From Clostridium sp. CAG:1024 (GTDB lineage Bacteria > Bacillota > Clostridia > Christensenellales > CAG-138): DNA of 52,775 nt. Each line of letters begins with the position of its first letter. The first letter of the stretch is position 1. Position numbers and translations under genes: made by a program. Of the stretch, positions 1 to 7,868 are shown piece after piece. The notes under the pieces were generated by a model. The model saw only the letters and a list, made by a program, of their open reading frames with translations, was not told the DNA's origin and made no database searches. The stretch covers positions 14,044 to 66,818 of the forward strand of contig HF985514.1 of NCBI GenBank assembly GCA_000432015.1, given 5' to 3'.

Positions 1-639
1 GACATCGGCTGCGACCATGGACGGCTTGCCTGCGCGCTGTTGCAGCGGAACGAGACCTGGCGCTGTATCGCGTCGGACGTGAGCGCGCCGTCACTTGAAA
101 AAGCCCGGCGGCTTTCTGCATACATCGGCGGAGAAGGCAGGATCGACATTCGGCTTGGAGACGGCCTTACCGTGCTGTGCCGGGGGGAGGCGGATGCGGT
201 CGTTCTCTGCGGCATGGGAGGAGAACGGATCGTGGAATTGTTGGATGCCGCGGACAGCCCGCTTATGGGGGCACGCCTTGCTGTCATGCAGCCCATGCGC
301 GGCGTAGAAGAACTGCGGGCGTATCTCTATACCACCGGGTATCGCATTCTTGACGATCGTGTCACGGAGGAAGCGGGCAGACTGTATCAGATTCTTTCTG
401 CGGCGCCGCCTTGCGCGGACGGAGAATGCGACACTTGGCCGGCGGATTTCCCGGTTGGCTGTTTCAGCCTCGGGTATCGAGCGTTTGAACGGAGAGATCC
501 ACTGTGCAGAACACTCGCACGGCAGCAGCTTTTACAGACGCAGAAACGGCTGAAAACGGCCGCAAATACCGGCGGTGAACCCGTGCTTCGCCGAAAAGAA
601 GCCGAACTTTTGACCATACTGGAAAGGTGGGAGCATTGA
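1..639 (+). CDS. trmK: tRNA (adenine22-N1)-methyltransferase TrmK, 5' end outside the window
   Basis: The frame is open from base 1 (DIGCDHGRLACALL..., the SAM-binding DxGxDH motif typical of TrmK/YqfN). It continues into the listed 40..639 ORF. The trmK-nif3-COG1579 gene order is conserved. Confidence 0.75.
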   Translation, partial: DIGCDHGRLACALLQRNETWRCIASDVSAPSLEKARRLSAYIGGEGRIDIRLGDGLTVLCRGEADAVVLCGMGGERIVELLDAADSPLMGARLAVMQPMRGVEELRAYLYTTGYRILDDRVTEEAGRLYQILSAAPPCADGECDTWPADFPVGCFSLGYRAFERRDPLCRTLARQQLLQTQKRLKTAANTGGEPVLRRKEAELLTILERWEH

Positions 640-1403
640 TGCGGTTGCAGGATTGGATACGGGAGATGGAGCGGATCGCGCCGCCGGATCTGGCGCTGGA
701 CTTCGATAACCCGGGACTTTTGATCACGCCCGAACGCAAGGAGATCCGGCGTGTACTTGTTGCACTTGACTGCACGACGGCGGTCGCAAGAGAGGCGGCG
801 GCATTTGACGCCGACCTGGTGCTCACGCATCACCCGCTGTTCTTTCACGGCGTCAAGCATATTTTGGAGGAGGATCCCGACACCGCGGCGGCGTATCTGC
901 TGCTTCGAAACGGCATCGGCATGTACGCTGCGCATACGAATTTGGACGCGGCGGAAGGCGGCGTGAACGATGCGCTGCTTGCCTGCTTTGCACTCCGGGA
1001 TGTGCGGCCGCTGCCCGGGGACGGGCTTGGCCGCATCGGCACCTTTGACCGGCCGATGACGCTGAGAGCGTTTGCGGCGCTCGTTCAGGACAAGCTGCAA
1101 GCCAGAGCGGATGTTGCAGGCGACCCGGAACGGGAGATCCTGACCGTGGCTTGCGTGAGCGGAAGCGGCGCAGAAGACATCGCGATCGCAAAGGCGGCCG
1201 GCGCCGATGTGTTTTTGACGGGCGAGTGCAGACATCATGAAGCGCTTGCCGCCAAGGAGATCGATATGCCGCTGGTCGTCGCGGGACACTATGAAACGGA
1301 GAAGATCGTTCTATTGCCGCTGATTGCCCGTTTACAGGCGCTTTCAAATGATGTACAATATAAGGTATCCCAATCGGACAGCGGTCCGTATTGGCGATTA
1401 TAG
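639..1403 (+). CDS. Nif3-like dinuclear metal centre protein (GTP cyclohydrolase 1 type 2 homologue, YqfO-like)
   Basis: MRLQDWIREMERIAPP...NPGLLI...THHPLFF...GHYETE are Nif3 family hallmarks. The ATG at 639 overlaps the trmK stop (TGATG), and a GGAAAGGTGG RBS lies 8 nt upstream. Confidence 0.8.
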   Translation: MRLQDWIREMERIAPPDLALDFDNPGLLITPERKEIRRVLVALDCTTAVAREAAAFDADLVLTHHPLFFHGVKHILEEDPDTAAAYLLLRNGIGMYAAHTNLDAAEGGVNDALLACFALRDVRPLPGDGLGRIGTFDRPMTLRAFAALVQDKLQARADVAGDPEREILTVACVSGSGAEDIAIAKAAGADVFLTGECRHHEALAAKEIDMPLVVAGHYETEKIVLLPLIARLQALSNDVQYKVSQSDSGPYWRL

Positions 1404-1414
1404 GAGGGAATGAC

Positions 1415-2158
1415 ATGGGTAAACTCGATGCAATGCTGCTGTATCAGCAGACCGAGCAAAAAAAGCTGGAGGCCGAACAGGCCGTTCGCTCTACACCCGC
1501 ACGCCAGAAACTCAGCCGCCTGCATAAGCTGCTGAAAACACAGCAGGCGACCATTCAGAAGCTGACTGAGGAGACGGAGACGCGCCTTTCTCAGATCAAT
1601 AAGCTCTCGGAACAAGCAAAGCGCTTGGAAGAGCGTATCGCAAAGCTCTTGGGAGAGCGGATCGAGCTTGAAAACAGCGAGCTTGCGACCATCACCGGAG
1701 ACGAGGAAAGCACGGCTGCTGAAATGACGGAACTCCGCGTGGACATTGAGCGCTTGCAGAAGGAGATCAATCAGGTCGTCCGCGAGGCAAAGAAGCTGCT
1801 TTCCGAAGCAGAGAAGGCGGCGGAGGAATACCGCGAGACCAATCTGACCGCGAAGAACGCAAAGAAGGAATACGATCAGGTCCGCGCAGTCTGCGAAAAG
1901 GAACGCGATGACAGCGCAGAGATGCTGGCAAGCTTTGATGAAAAGCTCGAGCAAATCAGAAAAGATGTTGATCCCGCGCTGTTCCAGCGGTACGAAAAGG
2001 TCAAGCAGCACTATGCGGCGCCGATTGTTCCGGTCATCGGCGGCAAGTGCAGCGGATGCAATATGTCGTTGCCGATGGTCATGCTGAAGCGTTTGAACGC
2101 GCCGGATGCGGTGCTTGAATGCGAGAACTGCGGCCGTATTCTATACAGCGAGCAGTAA
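1415..2158 (+). CDS. Coiled-coil protein with a C-terminal C4 zinc ribbon (COG1579/DUF164 family)
   Basis: It has a long heptad-rich K/E/L region ending in CSGCNMSLP...CENCGRILY. A TAGGAGGG RBS precedes the ATG at 1415. It sits after nif3, as in many bacteria. Confidence 0.7.
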   Translation: MGKLDAMLLYQQTEQKKLEAEQAVRSTPARQKLSRLHKLLKTQQATIQKLTEETETRLSQINKLSEQAKRLEERIAKLLGERIELENSELATITGDEESTAAEMTELRVDIERLQKEINQVVREAKKLLSEAEKAAEEYRETNLTAKNAKKEYDQVRAVCEKERDDSAEMLASFDEKLEQIRKDVDPALFQRYEKVKQHYAAPIVPVIGGKCSGCNMSLPMVMLKRLNAPDAVLECENCGRILYSEQ

Positions 2159-2171
2159 AATCAGAATTAAA

Positions 2172-2520
2172 GTTTGCGAGTAAGACAGACGGCCGCCCCT
2201 CGTCGAGAGATGCGGGGAGGAAAGTCCGAGCACCGCAGGGCAGGGTGCCGGGTAACACCCGGTGGAGGCGACTCCAAGGAAAGTGCAACAGAAAGATACC
2301 GCCCGTCGCGAGTCGGGTAAGGATGGAAAGGCGAGGTAAGAGCTCACCGACGGCTTGGCGACTTGTCCGTCATGTAAACCCCACCTGGTGCAAGATTGAA
2401 ATGGGAGCATATAATAGCGGCCCGCTACGCTCCTGGAAATCGCATGAGCCCACCGGCAACGATGGGCCAGAGATAGATGGTCGTCCTTAGACAGAACTCG
2501 GCTTACGGCTTGCTCGCAAC
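2172..2520 (+). ncRNA. rnpB: RNase P RNA, bacterial type A
   Basis: It carries the universal GGAGGAAAGTCCGAGC (P4 5' strand), GTGCCGGGTAACACCCGG, AGTGCAACAGAAA and ACAGAACTCGGCTTA (P4 3' strand). The ends GTTTGCGAGTAAG and CTTGCTCGCAAC pair as P1. No credible ORF is present. Confidence 0.85.
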
Positions 2521-2527
2521 ATTTTTT

Positions 2528-2550
2528 GCCGCACGAACGGGCGGCTTTTC
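2528..2550 (+). terminator. Short hairpin plus T-run between rnpB and trpS
   Basis: GCCGC-acgaacgg-GCGGC is followed by TTTTC. P1 of rnpB is itself followed by ATTTTTT. Confidence 0.4.
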
Positions 2551-2578
2551 TATCATTTCAGTGCAGTGGGAGAAGGGT

Positions 2579-3589
2579 ATGGAAGAACAGGCAACGAAAA
2601 AGACCGTTTTGAGCGGCATCCAGCCGACCAGCCGACTGACGCTCGGCAACTACCTTGGTGCGCTCAAAAATTTTGTCGCCATGCAGGAGGAGTTCGACTC
2701 CTATTATATGGTGGCGGACATGCATGCGATCACCGTGCGGCAGCAGCCCGCGGAATTGCGCAGACGCAGTATTGAAACACTTGCACTGTTTTTGGCCTGC
2801 GGTATCGATCCCGAGCGCTCGACGCTGTTCATCCAGTCACATGTGCCGGAACACGCCATGCTATCCTGGGTCCTCTGCTGCAATACCTACATGGGAGAGC
2901 TCGGCCGCATGACGCAGTTCAAGGACAAGAGCGCGCGTCACGCAGATAATATCAATGCGGGCCTGTTCACATATCCGGTGCTCATGGCGGCAGATATTCT
3001 GCTCTATCAGGCGCACCTCATCCCGGTCGGCGCGGATCAGAAGCAGCACGTCGAGATCACACGCGACCTTGCGGAACGCTTTAACAAGGTCTACGGAGAG
3101 ACCTTTATCGTTCCCGAACCGTATATTCCGAAGGTGGGCGCACGCATCATGAGCCTGCAGGAGCCGACGAGCAAAATGAGCAAGTCCGACCCGAATCCGA
3201 ATGGGTTTATCGCGATGTTGGATGATCCGGATACGATCCGCCGCAAGCTCAAGCGAGCCGTCACAGACTGCGACGGCGTGATCGCTGCAGACCCGGCGCG
3301 CGCGGGCGTGTATAATCTGCTTTCGATCTATTCGTCCTGTGCGGGCAAGACGATCGAAGAGGCCGCGGCAGAGTTGGAAGGCGAAGGCTACGGCACGCTG
3401 AAGAGCCGCACGGCAGACGCCGTTATCGCGGTGTTGGAGCCCATCCAGAACGAGTATACGCGGATCCTTGCAGATAAGCGGTATCTGACCTCTACACTTG
3501 AAAAAGGCGCGGAAAAAGCGCGCCGTAAAGCGCAAAAGACGCTCCGCAAGGTGTATCATAAGGTCGGGTTTGACTCGATCAAGGCCTGA
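2579..3589 (+). CDS. trpS: Tryptophan--tRNA ligase
   Basis: Class I aaRS signatures are present: GIQPTSRLTLGNYLGA (HIGH-region equivalent of TrpRS), a KMSKS motif (SKMSKSD) and GADQKQH. A GGGAGAAGGG RBS precedes the ATG at 2579. The longer listed ORF overlaps rnpB. Confidence 0.9.
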   Translation: MEEQATKKTVLSGIQPTSRLTLGNYLGALKNFVAMQEEFDSYYMVADMHAITVRQQPAELRRRSIETLALFLACGIDPERSTLFIQSHVPEHAMLSWVLCCNTYMGELGRMTQFKDKSARHADNINAGLFTYPVLMAADILLYQAHLIPVGADQKQHVEITRDLAERFNKVYGETFIVPEPYIPKVGARIMSLQEPTSKMSKSDPNPNGFIAMLDDPDTIRRKLKRAVTDCDGVIAADPARAGVYNLLSIYSSCAGKTIEEAAAELEGEGYGTLKSRTADAVIAVLEPIQNEYTRILADKRYLTSTLEKGAEKARRKAQKTLRKVYHKVGFDSIKA

Positions 3590-3641
3590 TCGTACAGAGC
3601 CGCGGACATTGCGCGCACGGCAAGAAAGAATGGTTTAACGA

Positions 3642-3680
3642 AGCAGGGCATTCTTCGGAAGGAAGAGCGCCCTGCTATTT
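3642..3680. terminator. Shared hairpin between convergent trpS and the membrane-protein gene
   Basis: AGCAGGGC (3642-3649) pairs with GCCCTGCT (3669-3676). The U-tracts are weak in both directions. Confidence 0.4.
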
Positions 3681-4860
3681 ACTTGTACAGGAAGTGCATT
3701 GCGAGCGCACCGTACAGATTGAAAAGGATCGCAAACGCGCCGATCCACAGCTCCCAAACGGGCGGGCGCTCCTTCATACGCGGCAGACAGATCAGCAGCG
3801 CGTAGGAGAGTAGATCTACCGTGTAACGGGCGCCGAACTGCCAGCCGCCAAATGTGCGATGGGTGAGCAGAAGCACGAGATTCAGCACCATGCAGATGAG
3901 TGCCGTCCATTGGTACGGCCGAAGCTTTTTGAGACGTGTGAGAAGCAGCAGGAAAAACGGGTTTGCCGCAAAGAACAGAAAACCGTCGTGAACAGGATAC
4001 TTGAGCGCTAAATTCGCGTCGAGCGTGACCGGACGAAAGATCTTTTTGAGATTGCGCCAGAGAAACGCTGCGGAGAACTGCGGTTCGCCGCGGTTGAACT
4101 CCGGCAAATAGGTGTGACCAAACTCAAACGGATTGTGGAACCGCGCATAGTTGTACCACATATAGCAGCCGCCGATCAGGGCAGGAAGCAGCAGCAGCTT
4201 CCACTGTGAAAGCAGCGCTTTCCAAAATGGAAGCGACTTTTCACGCATGTCCTCTTCGATAAAGAAGACCAGCAGCGGAACAAACAGAAGAATGGAGAAC
4301 GGACGGCAGCCAACGGCAAGCGCGACCATCGCAAAGGATAGAACGCGTTTGTCCCGTACGGCAAAAAGAATTGCGAGCGTACAGAACACCATGTTCAGCG
4401 ACTGCGCCAGGAACCACACGGATCCGTCACTGCACATCCAAAGAAGATTGCTTCCGAGGAGGAAAAACGCACTGTAAAATCCGGCGGTCAGTTCAGACGC
4501 GCCCGCAGAGCGTACCGCACAGTAGACGGCGATGAGAATGGCGAGCGCAAAATAGAGAATGATGAGATTGTCGGGCGTCTCCGCACCGAAAACGAGCGTA
4601 AACGGCAGCATGACAACGGAGGGGACCGGTGGGAAGGAAACGAACCAGTCGCCGCCGTAGATCGCGAGCTCCAGCCACGGATAGTCCTGTCCGAGCCCCA
4701 ACTGCCCCTTTCGCCAGGCCAACGCTTGCAGCGTGTAGCTGTTGTAAGGGCTGGATGCGAGCAGCGTTCCGCCGAAAAGGTCGTGCAGCAGGAGGTACAG
4801 CACGAGCGTCATAAGCAGCAGCAGAGACAAAGTGAAGCGTCTTGTTCGCAAGGAACGCAC
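3679..4860 (-). CDS. Polytopic membrane protein, GT-C-fold glycosyltransferase-like (ArnT/PMT-type)
   Basis: It is 393 aa with about 10 hydrophobic segments and an N-terminal loop motif (YPWLELAIYGGDWFVSFPP) resembling the GT-C family. The functional assignment is tentative. Confidence 0.5.
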   Translation of the reverse strand: MRSLRTRRFTLSLLLLMTLVLYLLLHDLFGGTLLASSPYNSYTLQALAWRKGQLGLGQDYPWLELAIYGGDWFVSFPPVPSVVMLPFTLVFGAETPDNLIILYFALAILIAVYCAVRSAGASELTAGFYSAFFLLGSNLLWMCSDGSVWFLAQSLNMVFCTLAILFAVRDKRVLSFAMVALAVGCRPFSILLFVPLLVFFIEEDMREKSLPFWKALLSQWKLLLLPALIGGCYMWYNYARFHNPFEFGHTYLPEFNRGEPQFSAAFLWRNLKKIFRPVTLDANLALKYPVHDGFLFFAANPFFLLLLTRLKKLRPYQWTALICMVLNLVLLLTHRTFGGWQFGARYTVDLLSYALLICLPRMKERPPVWELWIGAFAILFNLYGALAMHFLYK

Positions 4861-4872
4861 CCTCCATGTTTG

Positions 4873-4916
4873 GAAAAACTCAGGGAGCCCCGGCGAAAAC
4901 GGCCGCAGGGCTCCCT
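4873..4916 (-). terminator. Intrinsic terminator after the aminotransferase gene
   Basis: AGGGAGCCC/GGGCTCCCT form a 9-bp stem, followed on the minus strand by GAGTTTTTCC. Confidence 0.6.
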
Positions 4917-4958
4917 TGTATTTTAGCGGATTTCTTTAGGTAAGGCAAGACAGGAAGC

Positions 4959-6230
4959 CTATATCCCCAGCAGCCGCTCCAGCGCCGCAAGTTTTAGGCT
5001 CACGCAGAGCACATCTGCAGCCTGCTCGATCTCTGAAAGCGTCGCATAGGACGGTGCGATCCGCAGATTGCTGTCATCCGGGTCGTTTCCGCCGGGGAAG
5101 GTCGCCCCCGCGCCGGTCAGGGAAAGCCCCGCCTGCTTTGCCAGCGCGTGCGCCCGCTTTGCCGTGCCGGGCATGGCATAAAGACTGATGAAGTAGCCGC
5201 CCTTCGGCCGTGTCCAGTGCGCGGTGCCGGTGGGCGCGATCTCACGGTCGAGCGCATCCAAAACGGCTTGGAATTTCGGCCGCAGGATCGCAGCGTGTTT
5301 TTCCATGTGGCGCAGCGTTGTTTCACGATCCTTCAGGAAACGGACGTGCATGAGCTGATCGATCTTATTGAACCCAATCGTCTGGAAGGACAGGATGCCG
5401 AGCAGATAGGCAAGATTGTCGCGGCTTGCAGCCATGCAGGAAACGCCCGCGCCAGCGAATGTGACCTTGGAGGTCGAGGCGAACTCGTACACCATGTCCG
5501 GGCGTCCGGCTTCACGACAGAGTGCCAGTATGTCCGGAATCTCCGCGAGCGGGCCGTCAAAATTGTGAATGCAGTAGGCGTTGTCCCACATGAGCGCAAA
5601 GTCCGGCGCTGCGGGGGAAAGCGCGGCGATGCGGCGGCAGACATCGTCACTGTAAACAATGCCGTCGGGATTTGAGTATTTCGGTACGCACCACATGCCC
5701 TTAACAGCGGGATCCCGCACGAGCGCCTCGACCTGCTCCATATCAGGGCCATTCTCTGTCAGACGCACGGGGAGTAATTCCGTGCCAAAGGACAGCGACA
5801 CGTTGAAATGCCGGTCATATCCGGGCGCGGGGCAGAGGAATTTGACGACGGGCTCCTGCGACCACGGGCGTTCGCTGTGCAGCAGACCGTTTGTGTAGGC
5901 CTTTGCAATCAGGTCATACATGAGGTTCAGGCTCGCGTTGCCGCCGATCAGGACCTCTTCCGGCTGCACATCCAAAAGTGAGGCGAAAAGCCGCTTGCAG
6001 GAAGGAAGACCGTCGAGGCAGCCGTAATTGCGCACGTCCATGCCGTCGCATAGAAAATCATCGTCCGCGAGCGTGCTCAGCATGGCGTTGCTGAGATCGA
6101 GTTGCTTGGCCTCCGGCTTGCCGCGCGCAAGGTTCAAGGATAGATGCAGGTCGCAGAGCGCCTCATAGCGTGCTTTTTCTTTCGCGTATTCGGAACGCAG
6201 CTCAGCAGGCGACATATGTCGATATTCCAT
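4959..6230 (-). CDS. PLP-dependent aminotransferase, class I/II fold (Asp_aminotransf/PF12897-like)
   Basis: MEYRHMSPAELRSEYAKEKARYEAL...NLARGKP...YSNPDG...STSKVTFAGAGV (PLP-lysine region). A GAGGTG RBS precedes the ATG at 6230. The listed 490-aa ORF extends into AT-rich promoter DNA. Confidence 0.75.
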   Translation of the reverse strand: MEYRHMSPAELRSEYAKEKARYEALCDLHLSLNLARGKPEAKQLDLSNAMLSTLADDDFLCDGMDVRNYGCLDGLPSCKRLFASLLDVQPEEVLIGGNASLNLMYDLIAKAYTNGLLHSERPWSQEPVVKFLCPAPGYDRHFNVSLSFGTELLPVRLTENGPDMEQVEALVRDPAVKGMWCVPKYSNPDGIVYSDDVCRRIAALSPAAPDFALMWDNAYCIHNFDGPLAEIPDILALCREAGRPDMVYEFASTSKVTFAGAGVSCMAASRDNLAYLLGILSFQTIGFNKIDQLMHVRFLKDRETTLRHMEKHAAILRPKFQAVLDALDREIAPTGTAHWTRPKGGYFISLYAMPGTAKRAHALAKQAGLSLTGAGATFPGGNDPDDSNLRIAPSYATLSEIEQAADVLCVSLKLAALERLLGI

Positions 6231-6260
6231 GGGACACCTCGAAAAAGAACAATTTTTGAT

Positions 6261-6289
6261 ATTGTGAAGCAAAATACAGGAAATGTCAA
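6261..6289 (-). promoter_or_regulatory. Candidate sigma-70 type promoter for the aminotransferase gene
   Basis: On the minus strand: TTGACA (6289-6284), a 17-nt spacer, then CACAAT (6266-6261). Confidence 0.4.
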
Positions 6290-6410
6290 GAGAAATTGCA
6301 AAAACAAAGCGGCCGCGTAGGACGATCAAGGTATTTCTGCACCTAATTGCAGCGCTTCTTGCATAAATTGTATATCTTGCAGGATTCCTTTCAAAGATAA
6401 CGGAACAAAT

Positions 6411-6448
6411 ATAAAACTGGCGGACACGCAAGAGGCGCAGTGTCCGCC
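6411..6448 (-). terminator. Intrinsic terminator of the ade-xdhABC operon
   Basis: GGCGGACAC/GTGTCCGCC form a 9-bp stem, followed on the minus strand by AGTTTTAT. Confidence 0.6.
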
Positions 6449-6473
6449 GTGTTTGAAGGTTCGGAGTGGGCGA

Positions 6474-6968
6474 TCATGCCTTGCCGAGACGTTGTTTCAT
6501 CACTTTCTCAACGGCGTTGAGAATGTTTTCGTAGCCCGTGCAGCGGCAGAGATGACCGGAGAGCAGCTTCCGAAGCTCATCGCGCGTATACTGCTTGCCC
6601 GTCTCAAGGATCTCGACCGTAGTCATGATAAAGCCGGGCGTACAGAAGCCGCACTGCACCGCGGTCTCGTCGATGAACGCCTGCTGAATGTCGGACAGTT
6701 CGCCGTTCGGTCCGAGCAGACTTTCGAGCGTGCGGATATTTTTGCCGTCCGCCCAGATTGCCAGATAAATACAGGAATTGAAGCACTCGCCGTCGATGAG
6801 CACGTTGCAGGCCCCGCATTCGCCGACCTCGCATCCCTTTTTGACGGAGGTCAGGCGGTAGTCGTTGCGGAGCATGTCGGTGAGCGAGGCGCGCACATCG
6901 ACCATGTTTTCCGTTTGCTTGCCGTTGATGGTGCAGCGGACGAGCTTGTATTGCGTCTGATGATCCAT
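6474..6968 (-). CDS. xdhC: Xanthine dehydrogenase family, [2Fe-2S] small subunit
   Basis: Two cluster motifs are present: CEVGECGACNVLIDG and CGFCTPGFIM...LCRCTGY. It is 164 aa. The start overlaps the stop of the FAD subunit. The symbol follows the E. coli XdhABC usage. Confidence 0.85.
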   Translation of the reverse strand: MDHQTQYKLVRCTINGKQTENMVDVRASLTDMLRNDYRLTSVKKGCEVGECGACNVLIDGECFNSCIYLAIWADGKNIRTLESLLGPNGELSDIQQAFIDETAVQCGFCTPGFIMTTVEILETGKQYTRDELRKLLSGHLCRCTGYENILNAVEKVMKQRLGKA

Positions 6969-7849
6969 TACAGAGCACCTCCCGAGCGTTTGATGGATTC
7001 CGCGAGACAGCGCCGCGCAAGCTCTTCGACGAGCTGGAGCCGGAACTCGCGGCTGGCGCGCCAGCTTGTGCGCGGGTTAACGTCGTTCAAAGCGGCTTTG
7101 CCGAATGCCTCGACAGCTTCCGCGGAGACCGTCATGCCTTTGACAGCGGCTTCCGCAGAGGGCGCGCGCATGGGAACGGGGCCGGCGACGCCGTAGGCAA
7201 GACGCGCATCGACGATGGTCGTTTTGTCCTCGGAGAGCTTCACGTTGGCGGAGCAGCCGGTGGTCGCGATGTCCATGGCGTTGCGCATGGCATATTTGAT
7301 ATAGAAGCCTTTGTAGTCCTCATAGCTTTCGCGGCGCAGCAGGATCGCGGTCTGGATCTCGCCCTCGCGCAGATCGACCACGCCCGCCTTGATGTAGAAC
7401 TCGCGGATTGGGACAAGACGAACGCCCTCCGGCCCGGTCAGCTCGATCACCGCGTCATAGGCCATGAGCGTGGAAGCGGAGTCCGCACTTGTAACGCCGT
7501 TGCAGGTATTGCCGCCGATGGTGCCGATGTTGCGGATCTGCGGGCCGCCGACCATATCGACCGCCTCGCCGAGAACGCCGACGTGCTCCTGGATCAAGGG
7601 ACTCTTGGTGATGTGGGAAAAGCTCGTGAGCGAACCGATGCGGATCGTGCCGTCCGCTTCCATCGTTACGCCGCGCAGCTCGTCAAGTCCGTAAATGCTG
7701 ATAAGGTCGCTTCCTGCGAGACGTCCCTCACGCATTTGTACAAGCACGTCGCTGCCCCCGGCAATGATCTTCGCCGCAGGATGCGCCAGGCGCAGCGCAA
7801 CGGCGTTCTGCACGGAGCTTGCTTCATAAAGTGCATTGATATCGTACAT
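6968..7849 (-). CDS. xdhB: Xanthine dehydrogenase family, FAD-binding subunit
   Basis: MYDINALYEASS...IIAGGSDVLVQMREG...IRNIGTIGGN match the FAD_binding_5/CO-dehydrogenase flavoprotein signatures. A GGAGG RBS precedes the ATG at 7849. Confidence 0.85.
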   Translation of the reverse strand: MYDINALYEASSVQNAVALRLAHPAAKIIAGGSDVLVQMREGRLAGSDLISIYGLDELRGVTMEADGTIRIGSLTSFSHITKSPLIQEHVGVLGEAVDMVGGPQIRNIGTIGGNTCNGVTSADSASTLMAYDAVIELTGPEGVRLVPIREFYIKAGVVDLREGEIQTAILLRRESYEDYKGFYIKYAMRNAMDIATTGCSANVKLSEDKTTIVDARLAYGVAGPVPMRAPSAEAAVKGMTVSAEAVEAFGKAALNDVNPRTSWRASREFRLQLVEELARRCLAESIKRSGGAL

Positions 7850-7868
7850 AAATCGTCTGCCTCCGTTC

